Part shown: positions 9,064-22,521 of the stretch, one piece after another
Position numbering within the stretch: the first letter of the stretch is position 1
How the letters are laid out: each line of letters starts with the position of its first letter
NCBI GenBank assembly: GCA_963782055.1
Contig: CAWAIF010000003.1
Span: 3,776,001-3,840,000 of the forward strand
Direction of reading: 5' to 3'
DNA length: 64,000 bases
Origin: an uncultured delta proteobacterium
GTDB lineage: Bacteria; Myxococcota_A; Polyangia; Polyangiales; Polyangiaceae
Made by a program: the position numbers and the translations under genes
The notes under the pieces: model-generated
Database searches by the model: none
What the model saw: the letters and a program-made list of their open reading frames with translations, nothing else
What the model was told of the DNA's origin: nothing

Positions 9064-10326
9064 TCATGGACGACGCGAAAGGGGAGACGAGTCCGCCGGC
9101 CGGAGAGGCTTGAGCATCTCGGAGACCGACTGCGCGAGCTTGGCTTCCTGGTCGCGCGGCAGGAGCGACCCCGCCTGGAAGAGGGCGAAGCCGATGTAGT
9201 CGTGCATCAGCTGGATGAGCCACGCGTCGGGGTCTTCCCCGGCCAGCGCGGCCAGGTTGCGCTCCACACGGTCCGGTCGGAAGGATCCGTCGGGCAGCGG
9301 GCCGGCGCCCTGGAAGAGCGGGTCGTAGACACCGCCGCCGGTGGCGAAGCGCGCCAGAGCATCCCGCAATTCCACGCCCTTGCCGACCGCGTCGCACCGC
9401 GCGTGGATCTCGATGAGGGCCGGGTTGAAGCCCTCCATGATCGCCTCCGGCCCCTGCGGACGCGGGGCGGACACCGTAAGGAACCCGCCGGACACGAGCT
9501 GGAAGACCGCCTTGGTGACCTCGAATTCCAACTGACCGGTCCGACGGCCAATCTGGGCGATGGACCGCTTGCCGTCGCACTCGCCGTACACCGTGCCCAG
9601 CTCGGGGGGGACCTTCTTGGTGCCGTGCTCCTTCGGCGTGGGGATGTAGTTCTCGTTGGGGATGCGCTCACGGAAGAAGCGCATCTCGTCCATCCGCCGC
9701 GCGCCCTCCATGAGCATCATGCCGGCGTTCAGGTTGTGGCGGCGGCCCATCGCCGCCTCGTCGAAGCGGTCGAAGAAGTAGAAGGTGCCGTCGGAGACGT
9801 GCAGCGCCGCGTAGAAGACCTCCTCCACCTGGCGCGCCATCATCGGGTAGAGCTCCTCCGGGCTGACGAAGTCCAGCTCGATGGCCGCCTCGCCGAAGCG
9901 CTTGCCGCTGGAGGACGACGCCGACACCGCCTTCTCCAGCTGCTCGCGCGTCACCACGCCGAAGCGGTAGAGCGTCTCGCCCAGGCGCTCCTCCGGCACG
10001 TTGGTGTGGGCGCCGATGACGTTGCCCGAGTCGAAGAAGAGGGAGCGGACCTTCTTGTCCTCCAGCGCCACCAGCTCGCCCTTCCAGTTCGACTGGGCGA
10101 TGAGGGAGATGATGTCGCACAGCGCGCCGGGCGTCCGGATCTCCCCCGCCACGCGCAGCACCGCCGGCGCCGTGCGCTCCGGCCGGCGCAGGAGCACCAC
10201 CGACGCCGTCGACGGCGCGAGGTGCCACTCGCCGGCCCTGGCGCGCAGCTCCTGACTCGCCGCACGGCCCACCGGGTGAACGGTGCCGGTCACGTCGACG
10301 CGGAGCAGGTCGTCACAATCCGACAT
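9064..10326 (-). CDS. DUF4388-like domain protein
   Basis: LRVAGEI...WKGELV...LFFDSGNVIGA...ERLGETL...GTFYF...LMEGARRMDE pattern. Confidence 0.75.
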   Translation of the reverse strand: MSDCDDLLRVDVTGTVHPVGRAASQELRARAGEWHLAPSTASVVLLRRPERTAPAVLRVAGEIRTPGALCDIISLIAQSNWKGELVALEDKKVRSLFFDSGNVIGAHTNVPEERLGETLYRFGVVTREQLEKAVSASSSSGKRFGEAAIELDFVSPEELYPMMARQVEEVFYAALHVSDGTFYFFDRFDEAAMGRRHNLNAGMMLMEGARRMDEMRFFRERIPNENYIPTPKEHGTKKVPPELGTVYGECDGKRSIAQIGRRTGQLEFEVTKAVFQLVSGGFLTVSAPRPQGPEAIMEGFNPALIEIHARCDAVGKGVELRDALARFATGGGVYDPLFQGAGPLPDGSFRPDRVERNLAALAGEDPDAWLIQLMHDYIGFALFQAGSLLPRDQEAKLAQSVSEMLKPLRPADSSPLSRRP

Positions 10327-10399
10327 TTTTCCCTAGAATACACGCGGACATGGCCAAAGTGCGAGTTTCCCGCTACCCACGGTGTGGCACAAGAGGGCC

Positions 10400-11291
10400 A
10401 TGCTGATCCTACCCGACAAGGCGCGCGCGCTGGAGCGCGGGCTCGCCGACGCGAGCTACTTCGCCGACGAGAAGACGGTGCTCGCCCTCTTCCTCGCCGT
10501 CGAGCTCGACCGTCCGCTGCTCGTCGAGGGGCCCCCCGGCGTCGGCAAGACCGACCTGGCGCGGGCCGCCGCGGCGGCGCTGGGCCGCGAGACGCTCCGC
10601 CTGCAGTGCTACGAGGGCCTGGACGAGGCGAAGGCCATCTACGAGTGGGACTACGCCAAGCAGATGCTCTACACGCAGCTGCTCCGGGACGCGGTGGCCT
10701 CGCGCACGCAAGAGGCAGGGTCGCTGGCGGAGGCCGCCGACCGCATCGCCGACGCCGACGACGCCTTCTTCAGCGAGCGCTTCCTGGTGGCGCGACCGCT
10801 GCTGCGCGCCCTGCAGTCGGAGGCGCCGGTGGTGCTGCTGGTGGACGAGGTGGACCGCGCCGACCCCGAGTTCGAGGCGGTGCTGCTGGAGATCCTCGCC
10901 GAGCGGCAGGTGACCATCCCGGAGCTGGGCACCGTCCGGGCGAAGCACGCGCCGCTGGTGGTGCTCACCACCAACGCCACGCGCGAGATGACCGACGCGC
11001 TGCGCCGCCGGTGCCTGCACGTGGAGCTGGACTACCCTCCCCCTTCGCGGGAGATCGCCATCCTGGAGGCGCGGGTGCCCGGCATCTCCGCCGCCCTCGC
11101 CGCCGAGATCGCCGCCTTCGCGGAGAAGGTGCGCGCGCTCGACCTGCGCAAGGCGCCCTCCATCGCCGAGACGATCGACTGGGCGCGGGCGATCCTCGTC
11201 CTCGGGGCGAGCGCGCTGGAGGCCGACGTGCGCGACGCGACGCTGGGCGCCCTGCTCAAGCACGAGGAGGACCGCGAGAAGGCCCGCGCGG

Positions 11292-11299
<8 letters not shown>
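10400..11299 (+). CDS. MoxR family AAA+ ATPase (CoxD-like)
   Basis: GPPGVGKT, RLQCYEGLDEAKAIYEWDYAKQ, LVDEVDR, DALRRRC. Alternative start 10382. Confidence 0.9.
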
Positions 11300-14888
<3,589 letters not shown>

Positions 14889-15072
14889 CGGCCTGATCGC
14901 TTACGCGGGCCGGCAAGCGCACGCAAGTCACCCCGGTGGGACCGCCTGTCCGCCGGTGGCTGATCTTTGTTGCGTCCCCACGGCTGACCCCGTAGCTTAC
15001 GCCGCACGATTTGGGTCGTAGCGGGGTCGCCTTGCCGCCTTCGCCTGACTGCCCTTCCAGGAGGAACTGCAG

Positions 15073-16248
15073 ATGAAGCTTTGGAAAGTTTGGACGCTCG
15101 TTGGAATCACTGCGGGCGTGATCGGCGCGGTCGGCTACGGCGCGGGTTGCAGCGGGGACGACACCAGCAACAACAACGGCACCGTTGGCCAGCCCCCGGC
15201 GAAGCCCACCACGGGCACCACGCCTGCCGGCACCGACACCATGACCTTCGCGGTCCAGAAGCTCTTCCTGGGCGAGGCGCCCCGCTCCGGCGGCGCCGCC
15301 AGCTCCACGGCGTGGAAGGACTACGGCTACAACATCGACGGCGTCGTCACCACGAAGGACGCCACCGACGTCTGCACGCTGGCCACCGGCGCCTCCAAGA
15401 ACAACCAGATCGACGGCAACAACGGCACCGACAACGCCTTCGGCGCGGTCATCCTGCCGATCATCCAGAGCGCCGCGAGCCTCAACACCCCCTCGCAGAC
15501 GATCAACGACACCATCACCAAGGGCAGCTTCACCCTCGAGCTCTCCATCAAGGGCCTGACGAGCGACGCGAAGCAGACGTCCACCGGCCTCACCGGCGAC
15601 CTCTTCGCGGCCGGCAACTACGATCCGGACGGCGGCACGGCTCCCGCGTTCGACATGACGACCGACTGGCCCGTCCGGCCGGAGCTGCTCGTCGACCAGA
15701 GCGACATCAGCAAGGGCTCGAAGGTCCACTTCGACGACGCGTACGTCGTCAACGGCACCTTCGTGAACGGCGCGTCGGCGCCCGGCACCGCCGGCGTCAA
15801 GGTGACCATCAGCCTGGTGTTCTCCGGCGTCGCGCTCGACCTGAGCATCAACCACGCCATCATCACCTTCGACCACTCGGCCCCGACGGACGCCACCAAC
15901 GGCACCATCGCCGGCGTCATCAACACCCAGCAGCTGATCGACGGCCTGAAGAGCGTCGCCGGCCGCATCTCCACCTCGCTCTGCGGCAGCGCCTTCGACG
16001 GCATCGCCCAGCAGATCAAGCAGGCGTCGGACATCCTGAGCGATGGCAGCAACAGCAGCGGCAAGGCCTGCGATGCCATCTCCATCGGCCTGGGCTTCAG
16101 CGCCAAGCAGATCGCCAACCCGACCAAGATCGCGGCGCTCGGCACCGCCTCGCCCGACCCGTGCTCGACGGATGGCGGCACGCCCGACAGCGGCACGCCC
16201 GACAGCGGCACGACCGACGCCGGCTCCGCCGACGCCGCGAGCGAGTGA
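15073..16248 (+). CDS. Secreted lipoprotein, Thr/Gly/Ser-rich, with PDSG tail
   Basis: AGGAGG RBS, signal peptide with GAGC lipobox, strong coding bias, ends DAGSADAASE. Confidence 0.82.
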   Translation: MKLWKVWTLVGITAGVIGAVGYGAGCSGDDTSNNNGTVGQPPAKPTTGTTPAGTDTMTFAVQKLFLGEAPRSGGAASSTAWKDYGYNIDGVVTTKDATDVCTLATGASKNNQIDGNNGTDNAFGAVILPIIQSAASLNTPSQTINDTITKGSFTLELSIKGLTSDAKQTSTGLTGDLFAAGNYDPDGGTAPAFDMTTDWPVRPELLVDQSDISKGSKVHFDDAYVVNGTFVNGASAPGTAGVKVTISLVFSGVALDLSINHAIITFDHSAPTDATNGTIAGVINTQQLIDGLKSVAGRISTSLCGSAFDGIAQQIKQASDILSDGSNSSGKACDAISIGLGFSAKQIANPTKIAALGTASPDPCSTDGGTPDSGTPDSGTTDAGSADAASE

Positions 16249-16325
16249 CCGCACCCCCCCGCGCCTCACCCCCCCTGCCCCCCTCTCCGTGAGAGGGCGA
16301 GGGGGGAGCGAAGACGGGACTGACG

Positions 16326-16360
16326 AAGGGCCTCGGCGAAAGCCGGGGCCCTTTTTCTTT
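16326..16360 (+). terminator. Rho-independent terminator
   Basis: AAGGGCCTCGGC-GAAA-GCCGGGGCCCTT stem-loop followed by a T-rich tract. Confidence 0.85.
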
Positions 16361-16407
16361 GCGTCCCTCCCCTTCCCCTCATCGCCCTCTCGAGCTTGGT
16401 GAGATCA

Positions 16408-17931
16408 CTACCCCCGCGCCCGCGCGATCATGTGCGGCGCCAGGTGCAGCGCGAACGCGTAGATGCTGATCTGCGGCGGGCCGCCGAGGCTCGTCGGGAA
16501 GAGCGACCCGTCCGACACGAACAGCCCCTTCACGAAGTGGTGCTCCCCCGTCGAGTCCACCGCCGCGATCCGCGGGTCCTCCCCCATGCGCAGGCTCCCC
16601 ATCGGGTGCACCGCCGTGAGCGGCACGCCGAAGGGCCGCACGAAGGACGTGTCCAGCCCCTCCAGCTGCGCGGCGCTCTTCAGGGTCACCGGCGGGATGG
16701 CCGGGATGGTCACCTCCGCCGCCCCCGCCGCGAAGAGCAGCCGCGCGCACGCCACCAGCCCCTTGGCCATTTGCGCGCGATCGCTCTCCACCATCGCGTA
16801 CTCGATGGACGGGCGGCCGTCGCTGTCCAGCGCGACGCGCCCGCGCGTCTCGTCGTGCACCATCGCCGTGAAGACGGCGAGCTTCGGGTATGCCCGCATC
16901 GCCTTCATGTGCGCCGCGCCGAAGCCGGACATCGTCGACGCTGTGCCGATGGGGTGCGCGAACGCCGGGATGATCCACACCCGCTCGTCGCTCCCCTCCT
17001 CGTACGACAGAAGCTCCGTACACTCGTACGACTGCGGGATGCCGTAGACGCTGTCCATCGTGCGCTCGAAGCGCCCGGCGGCGACGGCGCCCGGATGCAG
17101 GCGCAGCCCGCGTCCGAGCTGGTGGTAGGGGTCGGGCAGGTTGCTGCGCAGGGCGAGCGCCGCCGAGCCGATCGCGCTCGCCGCCAGCACCACCACGCGC
17201 GCGCGCACCGTGACCCACGCGACGGGTCGCCCGCTGGTATCGCGCGCGACGGCCAGCACGCCGGTGGCGCGGCCCTTCTCGTAGGTGATCCGGATGGCCT
17301 CCACGTCGGCGTAGACCGTCGCGCCCGCCGCCTCCGCCTGCGGGATCATCACCTTGAGGGCGTTCTGCTTGGCGTCGTATGCGCAGCCGAGCTCGCAGAA
17401 GCCGCTGAGCTGGCAGCCCACGCGGTTGTGCTTGAGCGGGCCGCCCTTCCAGCCGAGCGACTCCACGCCCGCGCGCAGCGCCTCGTTGTTGGGGTTGCGC
17501 AGGGGGCCCGGGATCTCGGTCACCGAGAGCTCGCGCTCGATCTGCTCGAAGGCGGGGACCATGTCCGCTGGGCCGGCCCCGTCGACGGTGTAGCGATCGC
17601 GCCAGAGGTCCAGGATCGCGTCGGGCGTGCGCTTGCAGAGGTTGGTGTTGTGCACGGTGCTGCCGCCCACCCCGCGCCCCTGCAGCACGCGGATGGCCAG
17701 GTCCTTGGTGGTGCGACCGCCGCCGTCCTGGAAGAGCATGGGGAGCATGTCTTCCTCGCGCTGATCGAAGTCCTTCGGCGTGTGGTAGCCGCCCTCCTCC
17801 AGGCCGATGACGCGCAGGCCGGCGCGCGCCAGCTCGCGCATCGCGACCGAGCCGCCGGCGCCGGTGCCGACCACGACGGCGTCGGCCTCCAGGGCGAGAT
17901 CGCTCGTCAGCTTGCGGCCGAGGACGATCAA
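16408..17931 (-). CDS. GMC family oxidoreductase
   Basis: VVVGTGAGG, GRGVGGSTVHN, CQLSGFCELGC, HPMGSLRMG, DGSLFPTS; TTG/GTG start overlapping the upstream stop. Confidence 0.9.
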   Translation of the reverse strand: MIVLGRKLTSDLALEADAVVVGTGAGGSVAMRELARAGLRVIGLEEGGYHTPKDFDQREEDMLPMLFQDGGGRTTKDLAIRVLQGRGVGGSTVHNTNLCKRTPDAILDLWRDRYTVDGAGPADMVPAFEQIERELSVTEIPGPLRNPNNEALRAGVESLGWKGGPLKHNRVGCQLSGFCELGCAYDAKQNALKVMIPQAEAAGATVYADVEAIRITYEKGRATGVLAVARDTSGRPVAWVTVRARVVVLAASAIGSAALALRSNLPDPYHQLGRGLRLHPGAVAAGRFERTMDSVYGIPQSYECTELLSYEEGSDERVWIIPAFAHPIGTASTMSGFGAAHMKAMRAYPKLAVFTAMVHDETRGRVALDSDGRPSIEYAMVESDRAQMAKGLVACARLLFAAGAAEVTIPAIPPVTLKSAAQLEGLDTSFVRPFGVPLTAVHPMGSLRMGEDPRIAAVDSTGEHHFVKGLFVSDGSLFPTSLGGPPQISIYAFALHLAPHMIARARG

Positions 17932-18479
17932 TCCCACCCCCGCGCCGGGCGACCGACGAAGGGGCCGCCGTAGCCGATGATCTTCCACGTGCGCGGATCG
18001 CGGTAGTACCCCATGAAGACGAGCGACTTGATGCCCGCGAAGGCGCCGCGCAGCAGGTCGTGATCGCTCGCCTCCAGCGAGGCGAGCACCCGATCCTGGT
18101 CGGCGGCGGAGAGGCGCGTGAAGCGCGAGGTGAGGCGGAGCGAGAGCGGCGAGACGTGCTCGACGAAGCCCAGCAGGCGCAGCAGGTCCCGCCGCAGGGC
18201 GTAGCTCATCCCCGCCACGTAGCCGTCGACGAAGCCGGCGACGTCCACCTCGTCGGGCGTGGGGACGCCGCCGCCCTGCACGTCCGGCGCGGCGATGCGC
18301 CGCGCGAGCGCCTGCACCACGATGAACTGCCACGGCGCGAGGGCCTGGAGCTTCGCCACGCGGTCCGCCGGCAGGTCGTAGCCGCGGGTGCGGACCACGC
18401 CGACGACGCCGCCCGCCGCCAGGAGCGCCCCGCCCGCGATGGCGATGGCGCGGCGCCGCGTGATCCGCTTCCTCTGCAC
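17928..18479 (-). CDS. Gluconate 2-dehydrogenase subunit 3-like protein with twin-arginine leader
   Basis: TRRRAI leader; RFTRLS...LVFMGYYRDPRTWKIIGYGGP; coupled to the GMC gene. Confidence 0.72.
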   Translation of the reverse strand: MQRKRITRRRAIAIAGGALLAAGGVVGVVRTRGYDLPADRVAKLQALAPWQFIVVQALARRIAAPDVQGGGVPTPDEVDVAGFVDGYVAGMSYALRRDLLRLLGFVEHVSPLSLRLTSRFTRLSAADQDRVLASLEASDHDLLRGAFAGIKSLVFMGYYRDPRTWKIIGYGGPFVGRPARGWD

Positions 18480-18549
18480 GGCCAGACCATGTGCCCGAAC
18501 GGCCCCCCGCGCGCAAACGCAAAATGCCCGGCCGGGCTATAGTGCCGGG

Positions 18550-19185
18550 ATGCACGTCTTCGGTCTCACCGGCGGGATCGCGTCGGGCAAGAGCGCGGTG
18601 GCGGCGCGGCTGCGCGCGCGCGGCGTCCCGGTCATCGACGCCGACGTCCTGGCGCGCGATGCGGTGGCGCCGGGCACGCCCGGCCTGGCGGCGGTGGTGG
18701 AGGCCTTCGGGCCGGAGGTGCTGCTGCCCTCCGGAGAGCTGGACCGCAAGGGCCTCGCGCGGCGGGTGTTCGGCGACAAGGAGATGCTGGCCCGCCTCAA
18801 CGGCATCCTCCACCCGCGCGTCGCCGCCCTCGGGGTGGAGCAGACGGCCGCCCTCGCCGCCGGGGGCGAGCCCCTCGCCTGCTACGAGGCGGCCCTGCTC
18901 GTGGAGAACGGCCTGCAGCACGCCTTCCGGCCGCTCGTCGTCGTCTCCGCCCCGGAGGACACGCAGCTCGCCCGGGCCGTCGCGCGAGATGGTTGTACTC
19001 TACAAGAAGCCCGCGCGCGCCTGGACGCCCAGCTCCCCCTGGCGCAGAAGGTCGCGGTGGCCGACGTGGTGATCGACAACGCCGGCACGCTGGAGGATCT
19101 CGCCCGCGAGACCGACCGCGCGCTCGAGGAGATTCTGTCGCCGCGCCGGGGTGGACCCCGCGCGCTACCGGCCGGCGGACGGTGA
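18550..19185 (+). CDS. coaE: Dephospho-CoA kinase
   Basis: GLTGGIASGKS, IDADVLAR, LDRKGL, ILHPRV, LLVE. Confidence 0.95.
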   Translation: MHVFGLTGGIASGKSAVAARLRARGVPVIDADVLARDAVAPGTPGLAAVVEAFGPEVLLPSGELDRKGLARRVFGDKEMLARLNGILHPRVAALGVEQTAALAAGGEPLACYEAALLVENGLQHAFRPLVVVSAPEDTQLARAVARDGCTLQEARARLDAQLPLAQKVAVADVVIDNAGTLEDLARETDRALEEILSPRRGGPRALPAGGR

Positions 19186-19200
19186 TAGCATGCGCGGTCG

Positions 19201-20646
19201 ATGAGCCGCTTCCGCACCGGCGTTTCGTCGAGCTACGAGGCCGACGTCGAGAGCGCGCGCACGCCGGAGCTGGAGCCGTCGCGCGCGGGGCTGGTGCTGC
19301 TCTATGCGCCCAACTTCGAGCAGCTCTCCCCGGCGTATCCCTTCTTCTCCACCGAGGTGATCCTCGGGCGCGACGCCGCCTGCTCCATCTGCATCCCGGA
19401 GCAGGCCGTGAGCCGCCAGCACGCCCGCATCGTGCGCGAACGCGACCAATGGGTGCTCCACGACCTCTCCAGCCGCAACGGGACCATCGTGGGTGGGCGC
19501 TACGTGCGCGAGCACGTGCTCGGGGCGGGCGACGAGGTGCGCGTGGGCGACGCCATCTTCAAGTTCGTACCGGAGGGGGCCCACGCTTACGTGCCGTACC
19601 GCCTGGACGGCTCGACGCGCGGCGCGCGCCTCTCCGGCAAGCTGCCGGAGCTGGTGGGCGGCTGGCAGATCGACGCCATCGCCGCCGACATCGAGCGCAT
19701 CGCGACGACGGAGATCTCCTGCGTGGTGCTGGGCGAGACGGGCACCGGCAAGGAGGTGGTGGCGCGCGGCATCCACCGCGTCTCCGGTAGGCGCGGCTCG
19801 CTGCAGGCCATCAACTGCGCCGCCATCCCGCAGAACCTCCTGGAGAGCGAGCTCTTCGGCTACCGTCGCGGCGCCTTCTCCGGCGCCGACCGCGACAAGC
19901 CCGGCCTGGTGAAGCTCGCCGACAACGGCACCCTCTTTTTGGACGAGATCGGCGACATGCCGCTGGAGGCGCAGGCGAAGCTGCTGCGCGTGCTGCAGTC
20001 GAAGGAGGTCTTCCCCCTCGGCGGCACGACGGCCGAGCGCGTGGATATCCGGGTGGTGTGCGCGACGCACCGCAACCTGATCGAGCACGTGCGGGAGGAG
20101 AAGTTCCGTGGCGACCTCTTCGCGCGCCTCAACGAGCACACCGTTCGGCTGCCGCCGCTGCGCGACCGCAAGGAGGACGTGTACCTGCTCACCAAGGCCT
20201 TCGCCGCGCGCTTCGGCCGGCCGGACGTCGGCCTCACCTTCTCCTTCATGCTGGCGCTGGTGCACCACGACTGGCCCTTCAACGTGCGCGAGCTGGAGAG
20301 CTGCATCAAGCGCGGCCTCGCCCTCACCGGCGGCGCGCCGCTCGACGCCAAGCACCTGCCCGACGCCATCGCCGAGCGGATGAAATCCTACGGCGACAAG
20401 TCGAAGATGGGCCGCGCCCGCCCGCCTGCGCAGGAGGCGGAGGACGACGGACGCCCGACGCGGGAGCCCTCCCACGCGCCCGCCGTCCCGCATCCCCGCC
20501 GCGCGCCGACCGAGCCCGAGCTCCGCGCGCTGCTCGCGCTGCACAAGGGCAACGTCGCCGCCGTCGGCCGGGAGCTGGGAAAGCAGCGCATGCAGGTGCA
20601 CCGCTGGCTGAAGAAGTACGGCATCGACCTCGGCGAGTACCGCTAG
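19201..20646 (+). CDS. FHA-domain sigma-54 enhancer-binding protein
   Basis: FHA (GR...SRQH...SRNGT), GETGTGKE, ELFGYRRGAFSGA, LFLDEIG, C-terminal HTH. Confidence 0.93.
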   Translation: MSRFRTGVSSSYEADVESARTPELEPSRAGLVLLYAPNFEQLSPAYPFFSTEVILGRDAACSICIPEQAVSRQHARIVRERDQWVLHDLSSRNGTIVGGRYVREHVLGAGDEVRVGDAIFKFVPEGAHAYVPYRLDGSTRGARLSGKLPELVGGWQIDAIAADIERIATTEISCVVLGETGTGKEVVARGIHRVSGRRGSLQAINCAAIPQNLLESELFGYRRGAFSGADRDKPGLVKLADNGTLFLDEIGDMPLEAQAKLLRVLQSKEVFPLGGTTAERVDIRVVCATHRNLIEHVREEKFRGDLFARLNEHTVRLPPLRDRKEDVYLLTKAFAARFGRPDVGLTFSFMLALVHHDWPFNVRELESCIKRGLALTGGAPLDAKHLPDAIAERMKSYGDKSKMGRARPPAQEAEDDGRPTREPSHAPAVPHPRRAPTEPELRALLALHKGNVAAVGRELGKQRMQVHRWLKKYGIDLGEYR

Positions 20647-20657
20647 GGTGCCCCCGC

Positions 20658-21329
20658 TCAGGGGTTGCTCAGCTCCGCCACCCCGGCGATCTGCAGCCCC
20701 GGGCCGTCCTCCGCCCGGCGCAGCAAGAGCACCAGCACGTCCCCGAAGAAGGGCTCCCCGGTCGCCTGCGACACCGGCGACGCCAGCGGCACGCGCACGA
20801 ACAGGTCTCCGGGGCGCATCTCCGATGGCCGCGCCGGATCGCTGGAGGGGCCGATGTCGTCGTATCCGTAGCGCTCCAGGCGATCCATCCGCGCCACGTC
20901 GGTCCCGGCGATGCGCCGCAGATCGTTGAAGCGGTTGATGCGCGCCTGCCACTCCTGCCGCAGGCCCCCGCGATTGAGCCGCCGCGTCGGGTCCAGGCTC
21001 ACCGCGTCGGGGCCGAGCAGCGCGAACAGCTCCTCGACGTTGCGGTCCTCGAAGCCGCGGACGTAGGCCCGCACCACGCCCTGCACCTCCTCGTCGGGCA
21101 CCGGCTGGCGCAGGGCGACCACGCCGCCGGTAGCCGCGCCGCGATCTGCGGGCGCGGGGAGCGCCGGCGCCGGCTCCAGCAGCACGCCGTCGGGCTTGCG
21201 CTTGGCGCTGGGCATCTCCAGGGCGGTCTGCAGGCCGCCGCCGGCGCACGCCACGGGCACGACCGCGCTCGCCGCCAGAGCAAGCAGCAGCGCCAGGCTA
21301 GAGCGTCTCGATCTTCGGGTCCTGGCCAC
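20658..21329 (-). CDS. Hypothetical lipoprotein (possible NTF2-like fold)
   Basis: Arg-rich start, hydrophobic stretch, VAC lipobox; start uncertain. Confidence 0.6.
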   Translation of the reverse strand: MARTRRSRRSSLALLLALAASAVVPVACAGGGLQTALEMPSAKRKPDGVLLEPAPALPAPADRGAATGGVVALRQPVPDEEVQGVVRAYVRGFEDRNVEELFALLGPDAVSLDPTRRLNRGGLRQEWQARINRFNDLRRIAGTDVARMDRLERYGYDDIGPSSDPARPSEMRPGDLFVRVPLASPVSQATGEPFFGDVLVLLLRRAEDGPGLQIAGVAELSNP

Positions 21330-22128
21330 GCGTGAGGGTGACGATCGCACGTTCGGGCACCACGTTCCAGCGGGCCGGGGGGGCGCTGCCGTCGAAGTCG
21401 CTGGCGAGCAGGACGAAATGGAGCTGGGCGAGCTCGGGGGTCTTGCGGCGGAGCTGCAGGTCTTCGCCGATGAGGAAATCGGCGTCGTGCTTGCCGGCGT
21501 AGACACGGTAGGCCATGCGACCGCGGCGGTGCAGGGCCACCACCGACTCCCCGTTGGAGACCATCAGGTTGACCTCCGCCGGGCCGCCGCCGACCTCCGC
21601 CGACATGCCGTCCACCACCGCCAGGCTGGAGCGCAGCGCATCGCGGACGAGGCCCTCGTCCACGGTGATGTCGTTCAGCCGGCCGGCGTCGTGCAGGAAG
21701 GAGAGGAATACGTGGAAGAGGATCTCGGCGTCCGTCTCCCCGCGGATGCCGGCGCGCAAGAACTCGGGCACGCTGGCGAGCATGCGCTCGCGCACCTGCT
21801 CGAAGGACGACACGGTGCCCGTCTGCGCGTAGAGCCACTGGCGGTAGCGGAAGGGGTGCGTGTTCTCGGTGCGGAGCGTGCCGACGGTGGCGTTGCGCAC
21901 GTGGCCGATGACCACGTCGGCGCGCACGTCGGCGGCGAGCTTGGCGACGTCCACCTCCTCGCGCTCGTCGATCGGGCGGCGCCGCATGAGCACCTCGCCG
22001 CCCTGGTAGAAGCCCAGACCCCAGCCCACGGGTGTCGTGCTGCGGACGCGCAGCGCATCGGACTCGGTGGCGAGCACGCGCGCCGTGAGATCCGAACGGT
22101 TGCCGAGGAGAGCGAAGAGTCGAGCCAT
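21298..22128 (-). CDS. Class II glutamine amidotransferase-like protein (YafJ/EgtC type)
   Basis: GWGLGFY, GHVRNATVG, ENTHPF, GETDAE; residue 2 is Ala rather than Cys. Confidence 0.85.
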   Translation of the reverse strand: MARLFALLGNRSDLTARVLATESDALRVRSTTPVGWGLGFYQGGEVLMRRRPIDEREEVDVAKLAADVRADVVIGHVRNATVGTLRTENTHPFRYRQWLYAQTGTVSSFEQVRERMLASVPEFLRAGIRGETDAEILFHVFLSFLHDAGRLNDITVDEGLVRDALRSSLAVVDGMSAEVGGGPAEVNLMVSNGESVVALHRRGRMAYRVYAGKHDADFLIGEDLQLRRKTPELAQLHFVLLASDFDGSAPPARWNVVPERAIVTLTRGQDPKIETL

Positions 22129-22305
22129 TCTTGTTCCTTCTCCTTAGAACTTACGCATCACACCCCGGCACGCGCCACAAATGTGACCAGAAAGGTGCGA
22201 CATCTGACGACGCGTGTGTGTGTCGTCGATCTGAGACACCGCCCCGTCACCGTCACTTTGCCCAAGCGTAGCGTCCTCTCGGCGCGGTGCGGCATGACGT
22301 GGATG

Positions 22306-22479
22306 TCATGGTCGCTCCCCACCTCGAGCGTGGGGGGGAGCGTCCTTGGTCGCCGCGCGCAGCACCTCGCGCGTGTGGTCGCGGAAGCGAGCGTCGAGCG
22401 CGTCGGCGAGGAGGCGCACGCCGAAGGGCGCAGCGGCCGCGAGCACGAGCGCGACGGCCCAGAGCGGGATGGTCGGCAC
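22306..22479 (-). CDS. Small putative membrane protein (57 aa, not in the ORF track)
   Basis: MPTIPLWAVALVLAAAAPFGVRLLADALDARFRDHTREVLRAATKDAPPHARGGERP; GTG start after GAAGGG; mostly G/C third positions. Confidence 0.5.
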   Translation of the reverse strand: MPTIPLWAVALVLAAAAPFGVRLLADALDARFRDHTREVLRAATKDAPPHARGGERP

Positions 22480-22521
22480 GCCGGCCCTTCTGCCACGGAC
22501 CGCCGTCCGCGTCCACGCCTG

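Noticed and set aside
22158..22496. 112-aa minus-strand ORF from the track
   Set aside because: No recognisable features; the overlapping 57-aa frame has better codon usage and a hydrophobic helix.
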